The notes under the pieces: model-generated
The model's input: only the letters and a program-made list of their open reading frames with translations
Database searches by the model: none
What the model was told of the DNA's origin: nothing
Made by a program: the position numbers and the translations under genes
Assembly: GCA_002633005.1 (NCBI GenBank)
Contig: NMRA01000134.1
Location: 834,364 to 898,363 of the forward strand
DNA length: 64,000 nucleotides
Origin: Phoronis australis
Lineage: Eukaryota > Animalia > Phoronida
Direction of reading: 5' to 3'
Part shown: positions 24,407-37,440 of the stretch, one piece after another
How the letters are laid out: each line of letters opens with the position of its first letter
How positions within the stretch are numbered: position 1 is the first letter of the stretch

Positions 24407-26359
24407 CCACTTGCAAAGGAAACTCAGTAATTGTCACAAGAACGAAGAAACATACAAGAGAAACGCAGAGCGTTGATATGCGTTCGAGCATCATTCACAG
24501 CGCAAATACAAGCAATGATCATAATTTCAAACATTGGAACTTAACAGACCAAATGAATGCTATCAAACTTAAAATAGCGTCTAGGGGATACAAAGCAGGT
24601 CAGCAATACACTCCTCAATCTGAATGGCAACACACCTGACACCTTTCATCATTCTTCATGCAGCTTAAGGCAAGTAACAAAGACGTTAACAAAAATAATA
24701 AAAAGGCCACTAGGGACCCAAAATCCAGAGAAGTTGTAATCTTCTGAACAGAAACACATACAATGATTCGTAAATGACAGAAATTGGGAGATATTGAGAC
24801 ACGCAAAAAAATATTATTAGAGGGCAGCACAGCAGTTAGACCTTTCTGAAAATCCTTGTCAGCCATGCAAGTCCCATATAAAACACATATGAGAGAGAGG
24901 CGGATGCCAAAAACATGAAAAATAATAAAAATGACTACCACGTGGCATAAAGTGGGTCAATTGGATCTGAAAATGGGAAGGTGTCATAGTCTCCTTGATA
25001 GAACCTATCTCCCAAATTTTATGAAAATCCGTTTACAGAAGAAAACGTAAAAAATAAAACTGCCAGTAGAGGACTCAACGGTAGTGAGATACCTCCCAGA
25101 GACTTCATCACCTGTGGTCACCTATTTAGAAACACACATGCCAAATTTAAATAAAGACCCCACAGAGGCCTTAAGAGATATAGCCAGGAAACAGGGAAGC
25201 AAAAATGCTAATAGGAGGCGCCAGAGTAGACTGAGCAGTCAGAAAATCCTCGTCTTCCCTTCTCCTCCCAATAGGAACAAATGCCTATCCTCATAATCTG
25301 ATCATCTTTAGAGTGGTTTGGTATATAGAGGCATATGTCAAAAACATACTTGAAAACAGTAAAAATTGCCACTAGGTGGCGGAAAATGTGTTGAATCCAT
25401 CCGAAAACCAAAAACTGGCGTCATCTCCCTAATGGATATCTATTTGCCAAATTTCGAGAAAATTCCATGAGAAGTTCCAAAGATACAGAGGCAAGTATAA
25501 AAAAACTACAGTTGTCACTAGAGGTCACACCAGTAGTCGGATCCACTCAGGCTGCCCCATACATGAAAGGAACATCTCTGCAAAATTCCATGAACATCAA
25601 GCCAGGGGTTTCATGATACAGCAGCAGAGTTGGACAGATGGATGGAGATGACAGCATAATGTGCCCACATATAAATATGTGGGGGCATAAAAATGAAAAG
25701 CAGACATTTTGCAAACTAGAATTCATTAATAGCCTAAGCCTATATATTTTCTCTCGCTCAGGTAGGTGAAGTGTGATGTTAAGCTTGTTCAACTACAAAG
25801 TAAAATCTGTTCTGTGGGAAAATAATTATTTTGTCATCTTCGCTGTTGCCATATTTTCCATAACTTACTTTGTAGAGGCATTGGCTAATGGTGCCCAATC
25901 AACCAATTGAATGGCAGGCAATTTACTTTCGGACAAAATATACACCTAATGTGTCCATCTTTGGGTCATTTTTGAGATTGACACTCAGTTTGCAGGTACC
26001 CGACTTAACTTAAGTGACCAAAGTAACTAAACTTAAATGGAGTTCAATCAATTGTTGCATTATAAAAACTTTAGAGTTTTTCCCTCAACTTGTAAAAAAA
26101 GTTGTGATGCACGTGTTACTGTTACGCCGCAAAAAAGCGGAGGCGTTATATTAGCCAGTTGTGTGTGGGCCTACTAACAGCATGCTAGACAACCACACAT
26201 GAACATCAGGGGCACTTGAGCGACACAGTGGAGGGGCACACCAAGGGGAACACCCATGAACACATGACAAAGACAGACAATAAACAACAATTGAAAACAA
26301 GTCTAGAAAGTCAAAAGTGCAGTACAAGATAATGACGGACTAACCGTGCGTCGACTTAC

Positions 26360-26383
26360 GTGTATCGTTCTTGGGTGAAAGGT
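26360..26383 (-). CDS. Candidate 24-nt micro-exon between Ig2 and Ig3 (DLSPKNDT-P)
   Basis: Long pyrimidine tract ending tttaaag, ACCTTTCACCCAAGAACGATACAC, consensus gtaagt donor; symmetric phase 1 matches both flanking exons; no stop. Confidence 0.75.
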
Positions 26384-27711
26384 CTTTAAAGACCGAAAGA
26401 TGAAAGTAAAAATGAAACAAGTAAGTGTCGTTTATAAACATCTCTGACAGACATGTTGCCTCACTTGTCACCAACTGGCAATCTCGACTTGCCCCTTCCA
26501 GCCATTAACAATAAATTTTTAACTACGGTAAACAACAACACACACATGTGCATAGGTAGCAGAAAACTTAACCTTAAAGCTATATATATATACATACATA
26601 CAAAGTATAATAATTCTAACATTTAAAGCCATAGCAAACAAAGTGGAGAAAGTCCCTTTAAAAGCAGCACAAGCACACCCATTTACACCCAGTAATGAAG
26701 TACATATAATCATGTTTTTAACTTCGTCAAATAGCGGCCAATTTTCAAAAATAAAATTAAAGCAATAACTGTTTATCACGTTTTTAAAAAGAAAATAAAC
26801 TTCACGTATCTGTATTACGATAAAGAGTTTCTATTTACTAAAATCTTATCTGGGATTTCCGATAAAACACCCTATGCACTTTTACAGGAACTTGACGTTG
26901 CTGTCCTGTTGTTTAGATTTAAGCCGAAATCTTTGCACGATGACGAGTACACTCAAGCCAATTACTGTGATATAATAATGTTCAGGTTATGCAAGACCCT
27001 ACAAAAGTGTCCAATTCTAGCCAAATTTGGAACATCGTATCTCAGAAATGGCTGATCAGATTCACTAGAAGCTTTCAGATACTACCGTATGCTTTACACA
27101 CCTTTCTCCAGTACACTGTATTGCATTCTTTTTAGAATTTTCCACTTTTGCAAGAGAAGCTGTCAAAAACTAGGACTTATATGACTTCGATGGAAAAATT
27201 AAAGCTGCCTAAATCGAAAACGACATGGTGATTTAGAATAACACTGTTTTTGAAATACTATATTGAACCATTTTATCATACACTATGAATGTACCTTCCA
27301 TTTTGCTAAATTTTCCTAAAAAGCAAGGTCACAAGGTCAAATAAATGGCACATTGGTATAAACAAAAAAAAAACAATTCTAAAGAATTTAAACGTTCTGA
27401 ATATATTTTCACAGAATTAAATTCTACAGTTTTGAAGACATTTGACAACATGTACAGACTTGTCAATACCGTCCTACGTAACATACTATTTCGTTTAGCA
27501 TTCATAACAAGATCATGTCAAAGACTTCTGGTTCTTTGTCACACCTGAGCAGGGCAAGCAATAAAAAACACCTGGATACCGGATGTAATCTTTACTCGAA
27601 ATCGGACTCTGAATTATTTTTAACACTTCCCGTTCCACTTTGGTACGAACCCAAGAAAAATGTCCATTGTTTTGTCCTGTATAATGGCTTATGAGGATCA
27701 CTGTGTAATCC

Positions 27712-27807
27712 CATTTTGTACTTGATGATCCCAGCATTTTGTACTTGATGATCCCAGCATTTTGTACTTGATGATCCCAGCATTTTGTACTTGATGATCC
27801 CAGCATT
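27712..27807. repeat. Minisatellite, 23-bp unit CATTTTGTACTTGATGATCCCAG x4
   Basis: Perfect copies at 27712, 27735, 27758 and 27781. Confidence 0.95.
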
Positions 27808-29242
27808 ATTAAAGTCTTAAGTTAGAGTCTGAATTCAGAATTTTGAGTTCTTACTAGAAACCTTTAGTTTTTAGTAGAATTTGTAGCTTGAATTTGCAGT
27901 CGTCAAATGTGCAATTGGACCAATAATATACTGAAGCACAGAAAAATGGATAATTACCTTAAGTTTGTATTAAATGACAGTAAATGCCATTAACACGTGT
28001 TCCAGTCAGATTTCATGTAAAAAGATTAGATCCTGGCCCCTCGATAGTTTTCAGATTATAGCTTTTTATGTTAGAAATACCTTTAAGTTAAGTAAACGTT
28101 AACAATGGTTAACAACAGCAAACTTTTCTTTTTGTTTCTGTAAAAACACCTATAGGTGTTTTCTGGTGATGTGCACCTAATATCGGAAATCCCTTGTACA
28201 TTCAAAATCATTTTATTTCGCTAATTTTCTGTTTTTCTTCTCCAGCGAAACATTTTCTCTTGTGTTGTTGTTGCCACAAGTAAGAATACCACAAGATATA
28301 ATAAATTTCAAACTGCAATTCTAAAGACTTGAAAAGTTCATAACGAAACTATCACTGGATACTGCTCACAAGATCCAATATTATGTGACAATACCACAAC
28401 ATTTGTTCAAATCTATTTCACACAATACACTGTTGTTTGCCCATTCATTAATGCAACGAAAAGATAAAGAAGGCGTGCACATATGAATTTTGACCAATCC
28501 AACTCACAATTCACGCAAGGTGGCAATATGCATAAGTTGGGACACACCCTCCATACTAAGTGTGAGGACTGTAGCCCAATGTGTTCTCCCCTAAATGGTG
28601 GGACAAGATGAAAATCAATACAGCTTTGCCCCTTGACTTGCCAAGCTCAAAACCCCTAACTGCAATCTGCCAGCTCAATGTCAATAGCACGTGTGAGGAC
28701 CCTGTAGTCCTGGGTGTGATCTAACTAATGATCAGAAACTGGGTCTTTGTCCAGCATAGAGACTTCAACAGGTTGGGATTGACTCCCCCATAAATTACAT
28801 GCCATCCCCAAGCAGTCTCTTGTATTTGTTCAGACAATGTTTGCTCTGTCAACAGACAGACTGGAGGGCAATCCAACACAAGATGTGCAAAGCACTGTGA
28901 CTCAATCATGGAGGTCAGGAAGTAATAAATCAAGGCAATTTAGAAAGTATAAAACTAAACTCATAAGCTTTGGGTCACAACATTAAGTTGTAGAATGCAG
29001 AATCCACTCTCTAAAAATGCTTAGTACCATTAAAAGCGAGGGTTCGTAAGCCTGGTGCTTTTTATAGACAGGCAAAGTCTCACGCGGGTTGTCACAAAGC
29101 ACAAACTGCAATGAACCTTCCACTAATGTTCTAATGCCACAAAACATTGACCATTCAATCACATCAGATATTTCTCATTAAGATAATTCATAGATTTTCA
29201 ATCTAATTGCACAATCACTTCAAACAGGCATTGAAACCTCAC

Positions 29243-29307
29243 CTTGAACTTTCAAGGTGGATGAGTCCATGGACTGCTGGTCACCAATGGCATTCTTCAA
29301 TGTACAC
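29243..29307 (-). CDS. Ig gene coding exon, end of Ig2 (CTLKNAIGDQQSMDSSTLKVQ)
   Basis: ttacag acceptor, CAAG|gtgagg donor, 65 nt, phase 2 to 1; supplies the second Cys completing DNNARYRC. Confidence 0.92.
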
Positions 29308-30763
29308 CTGTAACATCAGTACAACTTGTTACTTTTAGTAATGCAGTGAAAAACCGACGTCTCATTAAATTCATTACAAAATGCACAAGTTCAAAATGTC
29401 AAAAGTTTTCAACAATGCCAACTCAGAAGGGGTTGAAACATCTCCACTCAGGTAGGACAGTGCTCAGTGCAAGATCTAAGATTTCAGTGACAGACTATAA
29501 GAGGTTTACTCAATCCTCATCAACAGAAATACATGTTAGGGTTACTGTGACCACTGATGTTTTAAAAACTGTTACATAGGTGTTCATGCTTACAGAAAAT
29601 TAGAAAATGTTTTTTTGCCACTGAGGTCATTTATTGTTCAATAAGTCTGATAAACTACTGCTGCTAGTACATCTCTCTTGCATTAAGCTTCATCAAAATC
29701 TGTCCAGAGGTTTTGGCAAAATCGATGAACAAGCTATATCTTGTTGAAAACTAATATAGACAACAGGTGTGTTACACTGAAGTCGAATCCATCCAAAAAG
29801 CAGCTCATGATGCCTTGGCACACAACAGAAGGTGCTAGATAAGAGGGCATCATCCGTAAAACAATTGGTGCCAGTGCGGTCCCACCACATACTTCTATAT
29901 CAGTTAAGTTCTGGCAAAATTTGTCAAAAAATTGAAGATGACCCAAGAGGTGGTAGGTTGCCAACGGAGACCAATCTGTCCCAAAATTGAAAAATGCACA
30001 CCTCTTAGCCATCTATCACCTGGAAATGCACTCACACAAAATGGCCACTATAAGGCATTGCAGTAGTCAAATCCGTCTGAACATCAAATGGTACCGGTGC
30101 ATTCTTATATTGTGTACTTATGTATTAAGTTTCAATGAAATCTGCTAATAGGTTTTCTAGATATCATCTGCAAATGCTCTTCTCCCAAAATACTGAAAAG
30201 CCACGCCCCTGACCTCAGGGTGCGGGGAATATTGAAGTGTCTCAGACTGTTCTAGTGATGCCCTGCACCCTTGTGCCAAATTTCATCAAAATCTGACCCA
30301 GGGTTTTTGAGATATCGAGCGGACACTGAGAATACAGAACAGGATGACCAGACAAATGACAACAATATATATGCGCCCACATGTGTGGTCGCATAAAAAA
30401 TGGCCACCAGATGGCACTGAATATATTGAATCTGCCTGGGAAGGAGTTGTCTCCTTAAGAGAAACCAAATTTCTTGAAAATTCATCACGGACTCCAAATA
30501 AATAGAGGCAAGCAGAAAGAACTAAAATTGCCACTAGGGTGCACAGCGGTAGATGGATCGTACTGAAACAGCAACACATTTACCAAACCTCATTAAGATC
30601 CTGCATAGATTTAGTAGATACAGTAGCGGACTACAGACTTAAACATACTTTCAATATTGCCTTAACTTTCTTCGGAAGCTCTGTTAATCAAGAATGAAAG
30701 AATTTTTCAGGTGCACGCAAACTGGTGACTAATTCTCATATTACACCAGCTTCAAAACAGCAC

Positions 30764-31031
30764 CTGTATCTGGCATTGTTGTCACTAGCAGATGCGTTGA
30801 ACCTGTAGGTGGACGTGGCCTTGCCACGGTTGTCTTGGAGTGTCTCCATGGAGAGCAAAGCACCAGGCACAGGTCTCTCCATGTCTTGCTCATCTACATA
30901 TGTCCAGGTGACGGCATCCTTCTCATTGTATGGTCTACCGACAATGCCAATGCACGTAAGCTCGACTACGTCACCCTCCGTGAGTTTAGATAAGTCGGCG
31001 TCAGCAGAGATTACTGGACTCTCAGGTTTGG
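30764..31031 (-). CDS. Ig gene coding exon, most of Ig2 (KPESPVIS..EGDVVELTCIGIVGRP..VTW..ATSTYRFNASASDNNARYR)
   Basis: tttcag acceptor, AG|gtgctg donor, 268 nt open frame, phase 1 to 2; CD80-like C2-set pattern. Confidence 0.93.
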
Positions 31032-32910
31032 CTGAAACAAGACAGCTGACATAATTAAGGCAGTTGAAGGGGACAAATAGGAGACTGAATCAACACTATA
31101 TGATGATACTAATTATGTTACACAAATAAAACAAGAAGAGAAAGTTGTTCACTAGCATACAGATATAGTGACCATAGTGCTGGCGTTTCTATAAATGAGA
31201 TTGTTATTTCACAAACCACACCAGTCACTTAGGAGTTCTACATTTCCAGAGTCTCATTTAAGACACAACAAGACAACAAAAGCAGTACAAAGTGTTTATG
31301 TACACCCACTGTGTACAATCCGTATAGCACAAAGTTTTTGAAACACCTACAAGCATTAACGTGAGCAAATACTGAAATCGATTGGGTGCAGCATAGTTGC
31401 CAACATTTGAAAATGAAGAAGTATGGATTCTGGACCTAGGCCACAAGGAGCACCACAACACCAAAAACATCCACTTTATTTTTCGCTGTGCCTACAAAAT
31501 GGAACTGGGGAAACCGTGGGTAAAAGCATATAAACACACAACAATATGTAAATTTCATCGCGTGTGTCAGAAAGTGGAACATCCTGATAATGTAGCAGTC
31601 CCGCCAAAACTACAACAGTAAGCAAATATAGGTCCAGTGATAGTCATCCAAAAAACTGGTGAATGCAATCTTGGTAGATGTCGTGGTTATGGTGGAGAAA
31701 ACTGAAATTACCATAAAGTGGCACTGCAGCAATCGAATCCGTGCACTAATCAATGCCTGCCATGCTCATCTCAACAGATATTCACTTGCCACCACAGTCC
31801 TTTAAGAAGTTTGACAGAGAAACAGATACCAGAATTGAACATCAAACTATTGAAAATTGCCCCTGAGGAGAGCAAAGTACCAGTTGGAGTTATTCGAAAT
31901 GGGCAGGATAAAAAAACAGCTCCGCATAACGACTACAAAGTACAAAAATTGCCATTACCAGGTACACATGCCAGAGCTGCACGGAAATGGGTAGATCCTG
32001 TCATCTTTAAAGAGAGACGTGACAAATTTCCACCAATGGACTTCTGAGTTACAAAGACAGATAAAAGAAGGTGGTACTACCACAAGGGGGCACAACAGAA
32101 GTCCGATCTGTCCATAAGCCAAAAAAGATGATCTTTTTAAGATCTTTGTTAAATACTGATGCAGGCGGAAAAATATAACTGCGACTGAGGAGGTTAGCAG
32201 TTGCTGAATAGTCAACTATCAACGTCTGCCGTGTTTGCTTCACTAGAAGCATATCTGTTCACTCTCCAGGCAATTTTCCACTGAGCTTTGGTAGATACTG
32301 AGACGAGTAGATATTGAAAAAGATGCAAAAAGTAAAACATTAGAGGGAATAAAGGTATTCGGAAATCGACATGAGTCATGCTCTCGCAAACAGGAACATC
32401 TAGGGAACTTCATGATGATTCTACAAACAGTTTGGCAGATGAAAGACACTAAAAACAAATTTCAAAATAATCGAGTTGCCTCAAGATCAGGGGTATTCAG
32501 TAAAGTTGCCTCAAGATCAGAGGTTAATGCAGTAGTATGTTCAGCTGGTAACTTCTTAACATTCATGAATCTGCAAAATCTGATAAACGTCCAACGAGTG
32601 ACATGGTAAATGTAGAGCAAAGCCTTCAAATTGCCAGTGGTAGTAGAGCAGTAGTTGGATCCTAATGAAAACCATTGTCATCTATCAACAGCTTCACAGA
32701 AAGATCATGACAAATTTCATGAAGATTCTGGGTTTGAGAGATACATCAGCAGAAACGCAACACAGCTGACAGCAATATGAAAACACACGTGCATACATAT
32801 ATGTGTCTGAAACATATCTTGAATAGGTTCTGGAGTTATCCAGTAGCAATTTCAAATAACATCACTAAGTTCGGTAAACCCATGATGTGCACTACATCAT
32901 GTATACATAC

Positions 32911-33132
32911 CATCCACACGGACCTCTAGGCGATTGGACACGTTGTTTGCCTTCGCCGTCTCAACATCACATGTGATCAATTTCCCTTCATCTTTGAACA
33001 TCAGATTTTTGATGGTCATCTGTGACTTTCCGTCAAGAGTTTCTGAACTGAACCGATCCTCGGGGGCATCAACATAGCGTCGTGTCTTGTCATATACACC
33101 CGAGTCAAATGAGATCTTGAACATCTTATTAC
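32911..33132 (-). CDS. Ig gene coding exon, second part of V-type Ig1 (GNKMFKISF..SQMTIKNLMFKDEGKLITCDV..LEVRVD)
   Basis: ttcttcag acceptor, GATG|gtatgt donor, 222 nt, phase 1/1. Confidence 0.93.
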
Positions 33133-33797
33133 CTGAAGAAAGATGGACATACAAGTGGTTAATCAGCATGATGAAGCATTATGTCGCCTGTGAACACCAT
33201 GGGGACGTTCAACTCACTTTTTGAGTGATAAAATTACGTACTAAATGATATATAGGGATATACAGTGTTCTCCACATTATAAATTCCAAACTCGACGCAA
33301 ATGTTGAATGCCAGTTAATGACATTGTTTTGTGTCTACCCATAGGCATTGTCATGCTGGAGGTATTTATATATGGTTTAAAACTGCACACTGCACTGGTG
33401 TGACCTACTTCTTAGACACTTCAAAGTTTAGCTTTCCTACCAATGCATCTCATAATTTCTCCAAAGCATTTGACAGACCAAGAGCAGCAAACAAAAGATC
33501 AAAAGTTCTTTTAATAATACCAATGCCGATTTTAATATCAATTAGACATATTAAGTACTACTAACATGAGTTCTGATGTGACCTAGTTTTTAGTGACACC
33601 TGTTGTCAAGTTTAATAAGCTCATAAAGTTCTAACTTGCCCCTAGATGTCAGTCAAAATCAAAATTGTCTTTATTAAGCAAATTAAATTGTTTTTTTATA
33701 GGTTGACTTGCAAAATTTTAAAGTTAGAATGACAAAGTAGATTAGTCATTCAATTAAGCAAGCTAGGTGACTCCATGAAATGTTTGTTATTTAAAGT

Positions 33798-33813
33798 NNN
33801 NNNNNNNNNNNNN
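33798..33813. other. Assembly gap (16 N) next to a 130-bp duplication (33133-33262 = 33814-33943)
   Basis: N run; identical sequence on both sides of the gap. Confidence 0.95.
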
Positions 33814-35323
33814 CTGAAGAAAGATGGACATACAAGTGGTTAATCAGCATGATGAAGCATTATGTCGCCTGTGAACACCATGGGGACGTTCAACTCACTT
33901 TTTGAGTGATAAAATTACGTACTAAATGATATATAGGGATATAGTTACCTGAGAATAATAGATTGGTCACAAATACACTGGCAAAACTAGGGTTACCTCC
34001 CTTTCAGTACTTTGCGACGAATATTATTAATTATGTAGGTAAGCTGAACAAAATAAGATGCAACACTGGATGCATTTGATTGGCTTCGTCAGTTCTTGTA
34101 AGGTACAAGTTGCCCTTAGAACCAATCTGATGTCTTATCCCGTTGGCACCGTTGAAGTCAATCAAGTGCACTCCGCGTCATACTTAAGAAAACCTGGCTT
34201 GCAACAGACTATTTAATATGTGGGCAGGAAATTGTACTGGTGATAGGATTGGACAAGCACACTCATTGCTATAGTAGGTTATAAAGGATCAAAGAACACT
34301 CAAAAAGGGTAAAGCCTAAATTTGTTGGACTTCCTGGTTTTCAGCACATTTTCCCTCAACACAAACGTTGTCACTGATAACAACACACTAAGAGAATTAT
34401 CAATGCTGCCTAGTGGGCCAACAGGTGATGTCAAGTACAACTGTGTTTGTTAAGCTCTGGTCAACTAGTGTCTGCTGTTCTCATGTATAACTGCAGGTAG
34501 CTGCCAGGCCCCCAATACAAGATTTAGCATTTTCAAAATAAACTGAAGGGACAAGCAGCAAACCTTGGCTTGGGCTCATACCATGTTTAATCTCTTGGTG
34601 TACTTATGCATCATGTTTTCCCTATTTTTGGTAAAAACTTGGGATATCAGTAAGACTAAGCTTATATTTTTTCAGAATCGGCAACAATTAGAGGGAGAGG
34701 TTCATTACAGATCCCATGCTTCTTTATTTCATTCTCAAGTTGGAACAAGACATAGTTTTGTACCATAGCAAACGAGAAAAAAATTTGCTTTGCCAATCAC
34801 CCACTCTAAGGTACATTTAGAGGTGACTTCTTCTAGAGACCTGGCGTTTATTAATTTCAGCGTACCTAGACCCCACCTTCTATTAGATGTAGAGATTTAT
34901 TACAATTGCGGCTTCTACTAGAAGCTTTACGGAAAGTTTTGATTGTGATCCCTTACAGTGGTGACAAAGGTCTCAGATTATGGACAGAATGGACAATTCA
35001 TTACTGCCAGAGACCAGGTTCTACCAACTAATTTTCCATGATTTTAAACTCCTGTTGTTTTTTTCAAACTCAATTCATGTGCGGCAAACTGAACACAGCT
35101 AAATCCAAATTTCTTACAGCGATGAGTAAAAACAGGTTGTAGAGAACACTGAACTGAGTAAGAATTACATGTAAGTGGTCTAAAGCAAATGTGAGTTTCT
35201 TTTGACAGAATGTGAGTTTAGAACACCTTTTAACACAGACTTTTTATGTACATGCTTTATTTATGCGCTGGCTCCATTTATGAGAATGTTTCCTGATAAA
35301 GTTATAGCAGGGTGTGTATTTAC

Positions 35324-35467
35324 CATCAAACCTCCAGACCACTTCCTGAAGCTCATCGCCACCTTCAACAGTGTACGCGCATTCGAACACTGCATCCTTG
35401 CCCTCATAAAGAGGCTGGTCCACTGCGTGGTTGACCACCACAGACAACTTAAACTGTGCATTGGCAG
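35324..35467 (-). CDS. Ig gene coding exon 2: end of signal peptide and first part of Ig1 (ANAQFKLSVVV..EGKDAVFECAYTVEGGDELQEVVWRFD)
   Basis: gtctttcag acceptor, GATG|gtaaat donor, 144 nt, phase 1/1; Cys and Trp spacing of a V-type Ig domain. Confidence 0.93.
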
Positions 35468-36397
35468 CTGAAAGACAAATATCACACAATATACAATGAG
35501 ATAGGAGTAGCTATAGCCATTGATATCATACTAAAATACTATGAGAAGACCCACCATAACAATAAAATAATAAATTAGAAAACTGAACTGCACAAAATCA
35601 GTCCATGATCTTTCCAAGGCATGACAGAAAACAATTTTCATCAAACACTATTCACCAGGGCATTCAAATGCTTCAAAGTCATAAATTCTGACAAGGTAGG
35701 TCAATCACATCAAATTGTAGCTATTTCATACATTGTTGTCATGATGAGAACAATTTTGACACAAAGTTATCCCATATGCCTTTGTAGTGAATTCATCTTC
35801 AGACCACAAATTAAAGATAATTTGCCTCTATAAAGCAATCCATTCCCTAGAATAACTGGCAAATCTGCATCCAGCACCATCCATACCACAGGAATATATG
35901 TATTCAACAATTACATAAACAGTGTACCACATCTGGAGTAAGCGTAATCCTAAAAAATGCCCAAATTTGGCAAACTTCGGAACATTTTGATTATATCTTG
36001 GAAATCATGTCTTGCAAGATACAACTGACACTTTTGAATATTGTGCTTCGACATTGCTCTCCAAAACCGATAGGAATTGTTTTAAAATCTCCCACTTTGG
36101 CATGAAATACTATCAAAATATGAATTTAAAGAATTTTTATGGTAAAAATTAAAAGTTGCAAAAAAGTGAAAAATAAAGGCATATTTCAGGAAATTGTACC
36201 ACATGAAGTTACCCATGACATAAATACAGTCATTCCCCCTTTTCTGTTAAATTTTACTAAAAAAAAGTAGACAAGATGGTCCAATTTATGGTATAAAGTA
36301 AAAAATCAAATTCTACGGTTTGGACTAAATGCACAGACATGTGGATAAGGTGCACAGGGGGAGTACTCCACAAGTAAGGGAATTGAGCAAGCCAAGG

Positions 36398-37039
36398 CAG
36401 ACACATGAGACTGCTCGTGAAATCTGACAAAGTGAGCAAAATATGAAGAAAAACTGTGGCTGCTAATAAACTCTGATGACTAGAGTGAGCAAGGTACGAA
36501 GACCATCACTGACTGCGGATGAATTCTGATCACCAGAGTGAGCAAGGCAAGAAAACCGGTTGTGACTGCTAAAGAACTCTAGTCCCGTTAAGACATCAAC
36601 TTTTGGCCTGACGCAACTGACACAGGGCAAATTGACCTGTGTCAACTCACTAACCGTGGCAAGACGGAAATTGCAGGCTGGAGAAACTGGATCGTACATG
36701 CGCAGGTTTACAAATGACGAGAGTTGCAGAGACAAAGAACCCGTATGTAGGTCACTAGGCAACTGCAGAAGAGATGATCCTTTCTGCCTTGCCCCAGTTT
36801 CGCGTTTAGACATATAATTGACACGGAGCAAGATGTTTGGGCGCAAATTGCTCTACCTAGAAAACGGGTGGCAAAATTTGTCACCGAGGTGTCAATTTGC
36901 TCTGTGTCAGTCACGTTTACACACTGGAATAACTCGTTCCATGTCAATTGATCCATGTCAACTTTTGAAGTGTAAACGGCACTTCTGATGACCAAAGTGA
37001 GCCAAGCTATGAAGACCAACTGTGACTGCTAATGAGCTC
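36398..37039. repeat. Diverged minisatellite (unit about 54 bp) interrupted by a roughly 400-bp insert
   Basis: Units tctgatgacYagagtgagcaagg..gaaRac..tgtgactgctaa at about 36398-36580 and 36984-37039. Confidence 0.7.
36581..36983 (-). pseudogene. Degraded LINE ORF2 fragment (region between endonuclease and RT; CR1/L2-like)
   Basis: Minus frames give DMDQLTWNELF..IDTSVTNFATRFL..CA and FRLATVSE..RPK..TGLE, resembling LINE ORF2 motifs W..L..D+D..V..F and F..V+E..PK..GLD; frameshifted. Confidence 0.5.
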
Positions 37040-37440
37040 AAAGTGGCAGGACGGAAGTAACAAGTGATGGTCAAGTAACAGTAACTACAGAGAGTGGATT
37101 AACTTTGACTTTACTGCAATAACAACTAATTCAGGATGTAATCTCTCCAAAGCACTTCAATCACAAAGATGGCTGCTTTCCGGTGAAACTATCAGGAAAT
37201 GAACACAATTCAAGAATTCAAAGGTTATGTTTTGGAAACATCATTATTTATGTTACATAGTCGTTAACGTTTCCTCAGTTTTCAAAATAATTCACTCATG
37301 TATTTATAAAAATCAACTCCATAAAGATTAAGTCATAAAAACAATTTTCGGTAAAATCTCACCACTTATTGTCACTTTATTGGCAGACAAGTGGCATTTT
37401 ATTTTCTTGATTTTTATACAGAAAAAGCCAGAACCAAATA

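Noticed and set aside
24217-24639. 140-aa ORF
   Set aside because: Largely translation of the 26-bp minisatellite; no ATG start or recognisable domain.
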